Source: Lama glama (lineage: Eukaryota). From it: a stretch of DNA of 64,000 bases. The stretch spans positions 27,282,001 to 27,346,000 of the forward strand of contig CM052816.1 of the NCBI GenBank assembly GCA_028534125.1, read 5' to 3'. Shown here piece after piece: positions 12,830-26,882 of this stretch. Position numbers and translations under genes: made by a program. Below the pieces are notes generated by a model. The model searched no databases. It saw nothing but the letters and a program-made list of their open reading frames with translations, and was not told the origin of the DNA. The number at the start of each line of letters is the position of its first letter. The stretch's first letter is position 1.

Positions 12830-13600
12830 TTAAAACTATGACCTCCTCTCCAATGGCCTGACCTTCCAATTCAGGAAGCGTCCTGACTTCACACCCTCCC
12901 CAAGAGATCGCGCTATTTGCCCTTCTCTGGGGATGTGGTACTGACGACTCACCCCTTCAGCACTAGCCCTCTGCTTGTGCTCAGATCTCCTCCTCTCCCA
13001 TCTCCCCAGACTCATGCTCTACCATCACCCCCTCCTCTCTCCTCTTCAGCTACTCTCTCAACATCAAATCTCTCCTCGGATCCTATAAAATGAAACAAAC
13101 ATCCCTGCTGCCTCCTCTATTGGCCACAGGTGGACTTTCCTGCTCTTGGGTTCACAGCTATCTTTGTTGAAAGAATTGCCTTGGTTCCTGTCTCAACTTC
13201 CTCACCTCTGCATTCACTCCTCCAGCCACGACCACATGGCTTCTGTGCCATCACCTGCAGGCTCTGCTCTCACTGTGGCCACCAATGAGCCTTAACCAGG
13301 AAACCCAGTGGCATTTTTCAAACCTTTCCTTTCTAATGACCTATTTCCCACTATCGATCACTTCCTTCTTTACAATCTTTAAATCATCCCTCCCCCTCTT
13401 TTTATCTCCCTTGGTTTTCCTCCTATATCTCTGAAAACTTCTTTCCTATCTCTTTAGTAGAAGCCTCTTTTTCTTTCTACTGCATGGGACACACTTCGGC
13501 ACATTTCCTTCCTCGGAACATTCTTCCCTTTCCACATTCCATGTTTCACAGGTGACTTCACTGACTCCCATAGCTCCAAATACCACCTCTACATAGGGCA
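12830..13600 (+). mobile_element. L2 internal fragment
   Basis: Pyrimidine-rich L2 ORF2 remnant ('cctcacctctgcattcactcctc...caccaatga...tcacttccttctt'). Confidence 0.65.
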
Positions 13601-14059
13601 GACATTGGTGATCTAGATTTTCATATATCTATCCCAGCGTGATCTAAATGTATTTTTTCCCCACCATTCAGTCTCTATTAAAGGAAAGTATTGTAAATAA
13701 TCCTATTTTCAAATGTATTTGATTTTTGCTCTTATTCCTAGGTTTTATCCTATGTTCCAAGAGGTACTTAAAAATCAATAATCAAATTCTTCTATGCTAA
13801 AGCATTGCTTGTGGTTGATACTTGGGAAAATTTAGTAATTCTTTCTGACCATATTAAAATATACCAGGAACAACTCTATTCTAACGCTAATACCTGTAAT
13901 CAGGCAAAAGACAAAGACCCACATTGGGGCCTAACGGTGATGAGAGCACAGCATTGAATGACCCCCTTCTACTGTGAGAAGCGGTCATAGATGGGAAAAG
14001 ATGTGGTGAATGAGGGTGCCCAGAGGTGACCAAGGGGCTGAGCAGAAGTCATTTTCAAT

Positions 14060-14300
14060 GCAGTGGTTACATACATGGATTCCAGGACTACTGCACATGT
14101 TATATCTTGGCTTCGCCATTTTCTAGCTAATTAATCTTAGTTACTTAATCTGTGTATCATCATTTTCTTCATCTGTAAAACAGGGGCTAGTGGAATCTGC
14201 ATCAGAATATGGCTGTGAGGATTATGAGCTAATAATGTACAACATCAGGCATAGTGTCCAATGCCTAGTATGTGTTCAATAAATGTTAGCTATTATTGCT
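14060..14300 (+). mobile_element. MIR SINE
   Basis: 'ttcttcatctgtaaaacagggg...tcaataaatgttagctattatt'. Confidence 0.8.
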
Positions 14301-15984
14301 ACTGTTTACATTTAAAAGTATGAAAAATGAGGATTTAAAGTGAAGCCAAAATACTGGTAACTACTGAGGCAAAAATTACAGATGACAAAAGATTTAGAAA
14401 AGAAAATTATCTTGCAGTAGGGCAGATGGCTGGCTGTAAACTGTTTGACTTCAGTGATTGTCTACTTTTAACTGTGAGCCAATAATTAATCCTCACCAAA
14501 ATAAAAAGGCTGCCAAGAATGGAATTTGATATGGTAATTAAATGTGACCCACCATGAAGTTAACCTGATATTTCATATGCTCAGTTGTTATCATAAGGTA
14601 TTCAAGTCTGTGGCATTCATGTGCAGACGCAGAACCAGGACTGGGGCACTGTAGATATTTAATATATGTTTGTTGAGTAGAATGACACAAAATCTAGCTT
14701 GTTCATAAATGGTAAATAGTGTATGCATAACCTGCCTAGTCAATCTCATAAATGTTATAACTATCAGGCAAGATGAGCATTGAGGGCTATCTGCAGGGTA
14801 AGAGAAGAGGAAATACAAAAATGTGGCAGTTGCTAAATTCTTCTTGGAAATCACTCTATTCATAAGGTTGCTCTCTACCTTCTCAGGGAGAGATGTCAGT
14901 CAGGTCCAAGATTTGAAGTCCAGGGACCTGGGTTCTAGATCTGTACTCTAACAGTAGTTATGGAATGTGAATTTACAATTTATTGTGTCTGGAAGAGATT
15001 ATTCCTAATTCCTATCCCGGTGGGTATTAAGAAAACAAGATAACACAAATAGGATGTTAGAACAAGTGTAACGTTTTGGATGATGGGGAGCTGGAGAAGG
15101 GATGAATGAGAGGTGATTTAGACATGAATACAAGACACTGAAAAAGGAATACTGCAAAAAGTTGGGGCATTCTGAACAGCTGATGAAACTAGATCATACT
15201 GAGAAGCACTAAGGAAAGTTTAAATAGAGGTTAAGAGCAGGGCGATTGCTCAGAAGGGCAGGGCTGAGAGACAGGGACAGCGAAGAAGGGACTGAGGCGA
15301 TAAGAGCCCACCTGAACATCTTGGTCACATTCTAGGAAGCACAGAGGAAAGTATAATAGGGTCTCAGACGGATTCCTTGCTAGAAAGGAGGGGCAAGACA
15401 GGTTCTTTGTACCTTCAGTATCTTTCCAGCCTTTCTCGCACCTAAAACTGGAACACAAGCTGGATTCTTTCCCGCCCAACTCAGCACCTGAACCCTCTGA
15501 TAAGCTCTACAAGCCCGTTCTCAAGCCCTCCCACTGCTGTGAAGTGGCCCATGGTCAGAACGTAATGAAATCCAGGAAGCGTCAGTGGGGTGAGCTGAGT
15601 AAAACGGGGTGCACACAAAACAGAGGGTAGCAGGTATTTTACTGCAAGCAATGCCCAGTCTGTGGGAAGGAAAAATACGAAGACTCACTCAGAGTGAGAT
15701 TTACTTGCCATAAGAATTTGTTTTTCTACCAGACAGTGGTTTAAGCATCTTAGGAAAATGAACACACATAGTTCTGTGCTATTACTCAGGGTTGCAGGAC
15801 TTGGGTCAAAGGGGAGAGTAAAGTGGAAGGATATTTAGTATCTTGATCTCATTTGACTTGCACAAAAAATAGGCTATGCAATTACAAAAAGTGTCAACTT
15901 TCATGAAAGTTGCGGTCATGGTGATACAGAAAGGCAGTAACACTTCTTGTGCTGAGGAATAGCATATTGCGCTGAATTCTACTT

Positions 15985-16150
15985 ATGTGTGTGCACATAT
16001 GTGTGTGTGTATCTACATGTCCATGTCTATGTATATATGCACATGTAGGTGTGTGTATACATATGTGCATATACATAAACGTGCATTTATGTTTGTATAT
16101 AAATATGAGGGTGTGTGTTTACATATATACATATATAAATTTTCATATAT
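15985..16150. repeat. Degenerate (TG/TA)n low-complexity tract
   Basis: Alternating purine-pyrimidine run; the source of several spurious ORFs. Confidence 0.9.
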
Positions 16151-16389
16151 TCTCCTTAAAATCCAGGGCAATAGGTAGAGATGGATTATTATCATTTTAC
16201 AGATGGAAAAGTTGAGATATAATAAAATTAAGAGACTTGCTTAAGTACTCTTGGTTTATCTTATTTTATTTATTTACACTACATACCAACTCCCTTACTT
16301 CCACAAAGCAGTTTGCAATTACTACAGCTGGGGACAGTCATGGGCGAGATGACTAGGTTCAGAGATTCTTCTACTCAACCAAGTTGCTC

Positions 16390-16630
16390 AGAAGAGCATT
16401 ACTCTATGCAGTCAAACAGTTCTGTATTTAAATCATGACCCTGCCACTTATCTATTTGTAACCTTGTGAAAGTCATACTATCTCTCTAAGCCTCGTTTTT
16501 TTTTTAACTGCCAAACAGGGGATGAAAATGGAGCCTGCCTCGCAGAGTTGGTGAGAGGCTTAAACAAGGCAGCTGATTTAAAGAGTTCAGTGCAGGACGG
16601 GGCACAGCCAACACATGATGTTTCATGAGT
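16390..16630 (+). mobile_element. MIR SINE
   Basis: 'ctgccacttatctatttgtaaccttgtgaaagtc...tctctaagcctc'. Confidence 0.7.
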
Positions 16631-17711
16631 GAAGCTCTTTGGTGGGTCCGTGGTTTGGCCTCTGTTTTATTCAGTCCTATATACAATACTATTTTTGAGG
16701 ACAGCAACTTGGCCACTCTTAACACACTTACTACATCGCAGCTTCTAAGAACCCTATGGTAAAATAATATTCCAGAGCATTTTTCTTCTTTAAGACAGAG
16801 AGATCTGGCTTCCATAGGAATAAAGAAGGAAATCCATAGACACATCTGCCGTGACAGTGAAGCCCTACTTTGAACCCCTGTGTTTATGCGTGTCGTCATC
16901 TCTCCCTCACAATTCTGGGGTTATTGCACAACGTTCTGCCCTTTGAGATGGATGGCAGGGTTACAAGAATGTATAGTTTAAACTCTGCATTTTGCAAAAG
17001 AGGAGCATTATTTTTGAGTCTGGGAAACTTCAAAATAACTTGATTGCCTTCTGTGTTTTGTCTCATTAGGTAAAGGCAAAAAACTGCTAGCTGTTTTTCG
17101 GTACCAATATACAGCTTGTGTTTTAATTAAAACAAGAACCAGGCTCACGACCAAAGGGGAAAATCATGAAACAGAAACCCTATAATACGTAAAAAGGCGA
17201 TGGTTGGAGGGTAAGAAGGGGAGTTTTAAACACGGCATCTTTTTTGTAAACATCTTTTTCAAAAGAATTGTGCATTTTCCTTTCCCCTTCCTGCCACTAA
17301 ACTAGGAAAGCCTAAGGGCTGCCAGAAAAGGAGGTTCACAGAATCCTAACAGTATAGGCACGTTTATAGCAGACTACATTGCTTGTTATGCCAGTGAATT
17401 AGCAAGTTGAACACATCTTTGTGGGTTCTTCCCCCCAATGTTAGCATCTGAATTGTCTCCACATAGCCCTTGAGCAGTTGTGAATTTATTGCTCCTGGGT
17501 TACCTAAGCACGCCGAGAACAATCATTTCACTATTTTAGAGGTCATCTCTACTGCTCTCTCCATGAAGTCATAACATAAGCACAATAAGACTCTGGCACG
17601 TTTAAGGTCTTGAACCTGGTTCAGATGAACTACTATAAAATAATCAACCATGTTACAGAGATTGCCAGTTAAAGCAAAGCTTCTTAAGTTTTAAATGGAT
17701 CTAAATAGACC

Positions 17712-17910
17712 AGGGTTGGTCATCCTCATTTTAGGTCAGAAAACTCCTTGTGGAAGGGGATTTTCCTGTGCATTGCAGGATGCTGAGATGCATGCTTGGT
17801 CTCCACCTATCAGAGACTAGAAGTACCTCCTCAGTGATGACAATTAGAAGTGTCTCCAGGTGCTGCCAAATGCTCCCCAGTGGTACGGGTAAAGCCGAGC
17901 CAAGAACTGA
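17712..17910 (-). mobile_element. MER20 hAT MITE
   Basis: 'cctgtgcattgcaggatg...gtctccag...tgccaaatg' matches the reverse complement of the MER20 consensus. Confidence 0.8.
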
Positions 17911-17921
17911 GGCCAACATTG

Positions 17922-18110
17922 GATATTCTGGAGAGAGTGGTCCTAACTAGCTGGGTGACCTGGGAGATTTATGCAACATCTCCACACCTCAGTTTCCTCA
18001 CCTGTGAAATGAAGCTAGTAAGAGTTCCTTTTTCACAGGACTGCTGTGAGGATTAAACAAGACAATGCCTATCCCTTGGGAAGTGCTTCATCAATGTTAA
18101 CCATCACTAT
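17922..18110 (+). mobile_element. MIR SINE
   Basis: 'ctagctgggtgacctggg...cctcagtttcctcacctgtgaaatg...tgaggattaaa'. Confidence 0.8.
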
Positions 18111-18534
18111 AATTTTAACAAATCTATGCGACTTCATTGCTTCCCTTCCGATTTCACTTTAAGTGCAGGTTAAAGAGCCAAACAATAGGAATATACTGAA
18201 AGAGGGGAAAGCTTGAGTGCAGTTACGCAACTATAGATGGAGATCTTTATTTATGTTTCAGAGTGGTTGGGTTCTAGAAGCTCAACTGTTGCATAATCCT
18301 GCATCCTAATGTGTGAAGCAGCTTCAGTTATTGCTTAACATATTCTATTATCTTTCAAGTGGAGATTCCTAATTCATCAAAATTATGAGCTGCTGCCAGA
18401 TGATTCTTCTGTAAATACAACTGCTCTATTGTATTTTTTTTAAGTCTTGACATGATGCCTGGTCTTTTCCCTTGAGTTCTTTCTTCACCACTGGTCATAT
18501 AAATATTATTGTAGTATTCATTGAAATAATAACA

Positions 18535-18730
18535 AAGCTACCATTTTTAAAAGCAACTTACTGTGTGCCAAGATAAGTGCTTCTCATATATTATTATTTC
18601 ACTCAATCCTCAAAACAACCTTAAAAACTAGGTGAGTATCTCAGAGAGGCGAAGTGACTGGGTTGCAGCCAGCAAAGGTCAGAACGAGGCTGGAGCCCAG
18701 ACTGGTGCCTTCAAAACCTATGCTCTTAAA
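18535..18730 (-). mobile_element. MIR SINE
   Basis: 'ttactgtgtgccag...aatcctcaaaacaacc...ctcagagagg...gctcttaa'. Confidence 0.7.
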
Positions 18731-20127
18731 ATACAATTTTGTTATCAAGGCTCAGAGAGCTACCCCAAATTGCTGATCGTTACAGGTGTCCCTTTCTGAA
18801 ACACCTTCCACCCCACCCTACCTTACATCATCATTCACTTTCCTTGTTTTCCTCACCCAGCTCAAAATACCTGGAGAGGGGTGGTTATAAAAGAACCATG
18901 CTCTGATCCATGTTTAAGTCAAGCACAGTGATTTAAAAAGGGAGAAAGAGAGGGTGCGAGATAGCCTCACTTCACATTGGTCTTAATGAGGACTAATAAA
19001 AATTGTCTGGAAGCTGAAATAGGGAATAGCAGAATTCACAAGGGGAAGAGAAGATTCACCCATGGTTGTATCAAACAGGTGATTCCTCAGATCCATCCCA
19101 GAAATCCAGTTCTTGCATACAGTATGCATATTGTACTTCAAGGTAAGGAGTAGAGAAATAACACAGCTGCCAGAGGCATGTTAGACCTTATACTTTTGGG
19201 ACAGTTGCCAGTGGTGACCAAAAACTGAGAAAGCAATGGAAAGTAAGGTCAGAAATTGTGCCTTTGGAGGTCCTGGGAAGAGAAGTTACATAGCTGGTTT
19301 CAGGAACAGCAACCTTCTCATCACATACTCCAAGAGTCAGCCCAAATGGACTAGGCTATGAGAGGTCGACATGTTTGCCGGGTGGCCCCTGGCAGAACAG
19401 ATTACAGAGCCCACGGTCGGTCACATGCAGCTCTAAGCAAGCCGCAGGCAGATGACCCGCTCAGCAGCATGAGTGAAGCTAGAGGCAGCAGGAAGTTTGT
19501 GAACGTCCTGAGAACTCAGGAACTCATCAGCCCACAGTGTTACAGGATAAAGCAGGGCCTCAGAGGTCACCTGGTCCCATTTTTAGCATTGCATTACTCT
19601 TCCTCAATATTCCCAACCAGTGTCCAACATGTGTTCTGATACCTCCAGTGACTGGAACACTGCTGATTTACAGACACGATTACCAAGGCTTTGGTGAACA
19701 CCAAGATGACTCTGGGTGTCAGGATGCTAGACAGTGCTGGCTGTGACACAGCCAGTCATATAAAAGGGATTAACATTGATAGGGTGAATGATGTGCATAA
19801 ATAAACTTATCCAAGTACCCACTAGATGCAGGTACTTTATCAATTCACTCAATAAATAACTTTGACAACAATGAAACAGATGAGGAAGGGGAGGCCCAGT
19901 GAGGTTAAATGCCGTTCTCACCCCAGCTCACAGAAAACGAAGTGGGATTCACTTCTTGGTCCAGGAGGCCCCCAGACTACATACCGTCTGCCACAACAGG
20001 ATTTATGCTGTCAATTTCTGAACGTGGTTGGAAGATTTCAGGATCTACCGACTACAATAGAGAAAGCAGCCCACATAAAGGAAGGCAGAATCACCTAAAA
20101 GCATTGCTTGCAGGTAGCAATACTTAC

Positions 20128-20184
20128 AGAGATGTCATCACTGAAGTCTATTTCATCCAAATCAAGGTATTCAGGGGCTTCCAT
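20128..20184 (-). CDS. SNCAIP: Synphilin-1, first coding exon (MEAPEYLDLDEIDFSDDIS, 19 codons, phase-0 donor)
   Basis: The reverse complement translates to the known synphilin-1 N-terminus. ATG is at 20184 and the GTAAGTA donor at 20127-20121. Confidence 0.97.
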
Positions 20185-20230
20185 TATTCTTCTTTGCACA
20201 TTTTGAGTAAGGTCAAATACTTATAAAGTC
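20185..20230 (-). other. SNCAIP: SNCAIP 5'UTR part of the first coding exon (46 nt)
   Basis: Acceptor TGCTTCTGTCTCGTCCAG| with AG at 20232-20231, preceded by a pyrimidine-rich tract. Confidence 0.85.
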
Positions 20231-23200
20231 CTGGACGAGACAGAAGCACAAAACAAAGGCAAAAAGGTTAGCTGTTTTAGAACCAAAAATCACATCTATA
20301 TTTAGACAAATAAAATGACAAAGGTATTGAGCGCTGCCTTTGAGCACACTTCCTCTCTTCAAACGTCCTCAGCCTGGCTTTCCAGAAGCAGTAAGCACAG
20401 CTCCTCCAGGATCCCCAGGAAGCTCCCAGCGAGCAGCCATGGTCCTGTGCTTTATTTCATTTGTGCCTGTTTGTCTTTGCCAGAGCAGTGACTCAGGTTA
20501 CTCCCCTCTGATCCATATTAAGCCTGACCCTGCTCACATCTAACACTTAACCACACCCTGGATGAAAGAAGGGGCTTCATGGATGGGGAGCAAACCTTGA
20601 AATCTTAAGACAACCATATTCAAATGTTTGTGTGGCATATCCATTACACCTTGTGCGGTGTAATGAATACTGGATCTCTACAGTAATAATACAAGGAGGA
20701 GGCAGATACCAACTAACCGACAGTAATGGGTATTTCAAAATTTGTAATACCACCTCCAGTTCACCCCTCCAAAAAAGAGATCTAAGTACAGCTATAAACC
20801 ACAGAGTTATTGCATTGCCCCCTGCTTCTAACAGCTTTGCCTGACAGTGCCAGACTGACCCAACACAGGCGCCAGGATGTCCTCAGTCAGCACTTGCCTC
20901 GGGGCTGCCTGTGGCAATTCTCTAAATCTGTCAGGGAAGATACATCAATCACCTCCCAGTTCATTTTCCTATCACTCATCATCACCACCACGGTGGCAGC
21001 AGCACCTACAGATGACAAGAACAGAAATAAAGATCTACTGGCAGTACCTTGGTGTGCAGTTACTGTCCGCAGAGGAAACTGTCAGATACCGAAAAGGAGT
21101 CCATTCCCTGTAACTTGTCTTTCTTATTATGAAAACTGTCTCATGTACTCAGACTTGAGTGTCTAAAATAATTTATTTTCTCCTCTTTGGTGTCTCTAAT
21201 GAAGGGGTACCTTGCCGAAGAGTAAGGAATGCATTACTGGAAAGTGGAAGTAAATCTAGGCTGGTGAAAATGAGTTTATCAATATAAGATCAAGAATGTA
21301 AAAATACCTGGTCTTTAAAAGAAAACTCTTGAAGGCATTGATTTATCATTTTGAGTTTTTTTTAACCCCCACAAATAGCGTAATTACAACAAAGGAGGGG
21401 GGAATCACTTGCCATTCTGCACCTCAAACCCATCACTTGACTCAATTTTCAGCGTGTCCTCCCTTCCCTTCATTTTTACATATTTTTAATCATAGTGGAT
21501 ACAGAGTTGACCCAAGAAAGGATTAGGACGCTACCACCATGTTCAAATGAGATTATCCATTTAGAATAAATATTAAAAGTCTTTTCTGAAATCACAGTAC
21601 GGTTTAAAATGAAAAGAAAACCAATTTGTATCTGATATCTATATCAAATTTTATTATTTATAGAAATCTAAAAATAGGGTCTTAAGCAAAGTGCTTGGCA
21701 CAAAAATACATCACTTTTCCTCTAATTCACACAAAGCTTCTCAGAGAAAAACATGCACACTCATACTTGCAAATTACTCAAAATAACTTTCTCTTCCATT
21801 CTGGTGGATTCTGAGACAATCCAGACCTTAGATTCCAGCTTGTCAAGTAACACATTTTCTTCCAGTCCAATTTCTTTTCGTTAAATCTGTACTCCACAAT
21901 GAACTGTTGATTTACAGACTCTATTCCCAAGGCTTTGGTGAGCACAAAGATAATTCTGGGTATCAGGATAGGGTACAGAAACATGGAAACATGAGGAGAT
22001 GAAGCAGAAAAACATGCATCAAAGCTGGAGACTGAGTGGATCTCTAAATATATGGAAATATAAAACTAAATGTGAAAGGGAAAATGAACACGGTTTAATT
22101 AAACAAATTAACAAATAATCATTGAGCCCCTGTTTGAAGGGTTCTTGACAATATGAAGGACAATTTCCATTTGAGCATAGCCATTCTGATGGAACATGTC
22201 CAGTGGATGATATAAATTATGACATGAAAACAGAAAATCTTTATATTTGGACTTGGAGGTTGGCAGTGAGATTCTTTATTCTATAGGCCAGAACACAAGA
22301 GTTACAACTGTTTCAGCTCATTATAGGAAGGCCAGATTTATCTCAGTGGGTTGGATAAGTGGTCCAGCCTCAGACTAAGGGGTCCCAGGTGTACAGGTCT
22401 CTCCTTTACTTCCCAATGGATCCCCAAACACAGCCATCTCCTTTGACATGCCTTATTCTATCCACGACACAATTCCTTTGGTTTGGTTTCCATGCTTCTT
22501 TCTTTTAAGGTGCCACTGTGAAAGTATTACAAACTCATTTACAATGTGCAGAAATCCCTGTGGTTCACCAGTCTTGGCCACATGCCCAACATTAATTGCT
22601 TCTTTTCAGCTGAGACCACAGTTGTCCCAGTGATCGTTACATTGCTGCTTCCTTCCCCCTCTGCCCTTCCACTGAGCATGTGGCGGGCACCCTCTAGCAC
22701 TTTCTTCTGAGGACTTAGGGATGTGATGGAAGGGACGAGGTCAGGTTTACAGCAGCTGCTGTACATAAGCCACCATGATAAGGAAACTGAGCTGGGAGGG
22801 GTGTGCTTTTCTCCTGTGCTCTCCAGACACCATCCCACCCCACACACCAGCCCCCAGTGGAAACCGGCGAGCTCGCCTTTGTGGCTGTCGCACTGGCTCT
22901 GACAGAATGCACACCGACCAAGGGCACACACCAGAGGCCCATGAGCCAACTCTGGTCCACAGATGTGACGCGCTTGGCCCTAGCGGGGTTTGCCAAAATT
23001 TGAATCTTTTGCCAACTTGTAGACTTTTGGTGATTTCACATAACACTGTGGATTCTGGCTTCACTTTAAAAAATATCTGAAGCTTGGGCAGCACAGGCCT
23101 GCATTCTCCATGGTAACAGTTGTCTCAAACTACCTGTCCGGAGAGGCCCTGTGGGGTGTGTGCCCCAGACCCCCAGCACCCTCATCTGCTCTCCTCATTG

Positions 23201-26200
23201 ACACCCTGCCTGGCGTTGGGGGCATCTGAATCGTCCACCCTTCAAAGGAATTCAGTATTAAACATTAAGGGCCATCTTCTCCCCGCTCTTACTTGTACCT
23301 CCTGCCAAACGATACTAACTTCATTTGTATTTCAGCATTGAATTTGTAGTTTACGACTGTTTTAAATTCTCATACCAAAACAGCAGCAAAACAAAACTTC
23401 TTACAAATAAACTACCAGCATGTTTCAGTGTGTGCTTTTCCAGAGCCCCCATTTTATCTCTTAGTACTAGAAAAAGAGAACCTTCGCAAACCCCATAACA
23501 TGCTACGAGGCGGGGATTACGTTTCTTTCACTTTACAACTGGAGGAAGGAGACATTCTTGCCTTGTTGTCACTGGCATTGTGAACCCACATGGTGCCACT
23601 CCACCACTGTGACGAGAGGGGAAGGGCAGAGGCTGTGCCAAGAACAAGCCCAGAAAAAGACAGACACCACCCTCCACATGGCCGGATCGCAGCTTAGACC
23701 TAAGAGGGCCAAACCTGCTCAAGGCCGACGAGAGTGGGTTTACACCTCAGTGAAAAATATTTGTCAGCTTCCTCAGAAAGGGCAGTCCAGCTTAAAACTC
23801 TTTACATGAGATTTGTACTGCTATACATCATAGTTGGCCGTGGGCCCCTCTGGGATCTTAGAGCCCAATCGTCTATAAATGTGTCCTGCACCCTCACCCC
23901 ATCAGCCCCGATTCTACAAGCTGTAGTGCTTGTCCCAGATTCTCCAAGGGCTTTCTTCTGTATTGTCACCCCCTCCCCTTGGCACACCTCTTACAAGCTC
24001 TGTTTTGTAACTCAAGTACTGCTGGCTGATTGAAATCATTCCATTCCAAGCTCAATTGGGCTTTGAATTTCTCTTCACTGACACTGGCGATTTTTAATTT
24101 GCTACTCACTGAGGCAGGTAGGTTGTGTCTTTAATCTTTTTTAAGGTGGGGAAAGGCGAAGATAGACATTGGGCAGGGGGTGGGAGGGTGGAGAGCAGAG
24201 AAAAAGGTAAAGGAAACAATTTCCAATGGCTTAGCTCTGCTAATTTGGGTAGGAAAGATTATAGGGAGGGAAAGAATACAAATAGTAGAATGCGGGGACA
24301 CAGGGCAGGTAACAGGGACCCTCATGCTATGGAGAAGCTATTGGTAACACACTGTACCCCTTCTTCTGATGTGTCCAAGGCACCAGGAGAAACTTTACCC
24401 AAACTCTGGACTGATGCCAGCTAGAGGAGGAAAAGAGCAAAGAAGCAACGAGCATCAACGGTACACAATGTCTGTCGGGTTTTTCCTGCTCTCACAGAGT
24501 TTTGATGAACTGCCAAGAACAGAAGTCCCTCCAGTGCCTATTAAAATGTTCAGCAGGGGCTCATGGCCCTAATGGGTCTATCAACGCTATGTCACCTTCT
24601 CCTGGGTGACCTCAGTGATGGCCCCAACTGCTTCCTTCAGAGAAGATTCAATTTAGGAAAGAGCTCCAAGTAGCCAGGAGTCCAACTGAATAATACAAAG
24701 TAGGCATCCATTTAAAAAATAGCCTCCTCCCTTTAGTCTGATTTTCAGGCAACATTTTACAGTTTTTGCAGAGTGACTTGAAAACTGACTCTGAAAAGAA
24801 TTCCACAGGAAGACTTACAAAAATCTGTTGGGTAATGGCTTGGAGTGGCCGACAAAATTTCTTTGAGAAAGTACCCTCGTTTAATGTACACATTCTGGTG
24901 TGCTTGGCTCATGAAAGGCTCACTGATTTGTGACTACAGTCACATATCACATAAATTGCTCTACTGAAATTCTTCTTCAAATGAATTGCCTCACTCTGCT
25001 TTATAAGGAGTCAGCATGGACTCATTCTGGAGGCTCATGTTACACGGATTTCTCCTTTTCTGCCAAAGTCACTATTGCTACATTTACCAGTGTACTATGA
25101 GGCCTGGTTATTAAAAAGTAAGTTGGGCCTGTCAAAATAAATGAACAGGGTACATTCGGTGATGAGGTAACCTCAGTTGATCTGCATTACAACTTCTTTC
25201 TTTACTCTTTAATTCTCTGATACTTGGGAAACACAGCAGCTGCCTACATCCTTCCACACACACATGCACGTGCGCTCACGCACATGTGCACACACACACA
25301 CGGGCAGATTTGTACTGGGATATACTCTCAGTTTGAAAGCCTTACATCGATACTGAACTTTCTTTCTTTCATAAAACGAGAGCTCAGAAAAAGCTCTAAG
25401 TCCTGGAAGGCTTGGGTGGAAAGAAGTGGAATATATGAAATGTCCCCAGTTGGCTCAGGAGCTTGGCTGGCAAGGAAGCAGCTCATTCCAAATGCTGGAT
25501 TCAGTTTCTTTCAGTCTTTGATTCAACAGTGGCCAGCAGCATGGCAGTCACTAAATGCCTAGTCTTAAGACAGAAAAATGATAGAGGCAAGAAATTTCTA
25601 CTGGAAAGAGGTAACTGAAGAAGAGCCAAGAGGTACCCATGAGCAGAAAGGGGGAAGCACAAGCTGTGTAGATTTGAACTCCTTCTTCATTTATGGAATA
25701 TTCCCACGTGTACATGCTGGCTAAGACTGATGCTACTCTCTAGGCCAGTACAGGGCATACAGCACCGGGGGAAACAGACAAGAAGACAAGCTATTACGAT
25801 ACACTGTGGTCCTTGCTGAGACGAGCAAACACACAGGCGCCTGGGACACCTAACCTAGACCTTGGAGATGCAGGTGAGGGTACAAATGGTGAGGGACTTA
25901 CAGGAGCAGGAGGAAGTGTTTTAGGAAGTGTTAGAGCACGGGCACAGGCCTGGAGGGGACAATCCTGGAGCAGAGTTTCCTGGGAGATGGGTAACATTAA
26001 CACCTATTGCTGTTTCTGCTTCAAAAAAGGGGTCTAGAAGGGTAATGGCCAGGGTGGGCTGGGAAGCACAGTGGTCAGGAGAGTATTTTCAAAGCCAGAG
26101 TGTAAACAGAGCATATGCTGGAATACTGGATTGTCTGGCAGGTTTAGATAAAGTACAAATGAGTATTTGCTATCAAATGGACTTCAATGTAATATATTGA

Positions 26201-26882
26201 GTCTGCTCTAGCTCTGGGGGAGGAGAGCTGTGTTTCCTGCTTGAAGGCTCACAAACATTTGTGAAGCAAAACTTCACACCATGGGCAATGTCTGGGAACT
26301 TTTACATATACTCTGTCACGTTTCACAAAGACCATGGGAGACAAATATCTTTATAATCTCCTTGGTGCAAATAAGGAGACCAAAGCTCAGAGAGGTTCTG
26401 CAACTGCCTAACACACAGCCAGAGTTTCTGATGATAAGTTTGCTTTTCTCCCTTATTTCAGCTTGCCAGAACTGCAGTGGTCAAGTAACACCTCACCTGT
26501 ATCAAACATTTTATTTTTTTCAAATCACCCCCAATACTTTTTATCTGAGTTTATTTATGACAACTCTGTGAAGGAGGCAGAGGGTGTGTATTGCAATTTG
26601 CAATCACATTCTTCCTATTTTACTGATGGTAAAACTCAGGAATGTTTTGGCCAATGTTATGTACTACTAAACAGGTGCAAAGCCAGCTCAGACAAACCAC
26701 TTCCCAATAATAAGTCCAGAGCTCTTCTGATTTGCCCCCTGGACTGTTCAGAAGCATGGGCAGCTCTTTGAACCATCTAGGTCAGAATTCCAAATGTATC
26801 TTCAGCCCTGAACTGTATCCCTTTGGGTGTCCAAGAAGTACAACTCCAAACAAATTGCTCTTTCCTCTCTCCAGCAGAGTCT

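Noticed and set aside
15894..16215. Several His/Cys/Val/Tyr-rich ORFs
   Set aside because: Translation of a TG/TA low-complexity tract.
22539..23094. Cluster of overlapping 66-136 aa ORFs
   Set aside because: Locally GC-richer sequence with no recognisable domain or exon-like splice frame.
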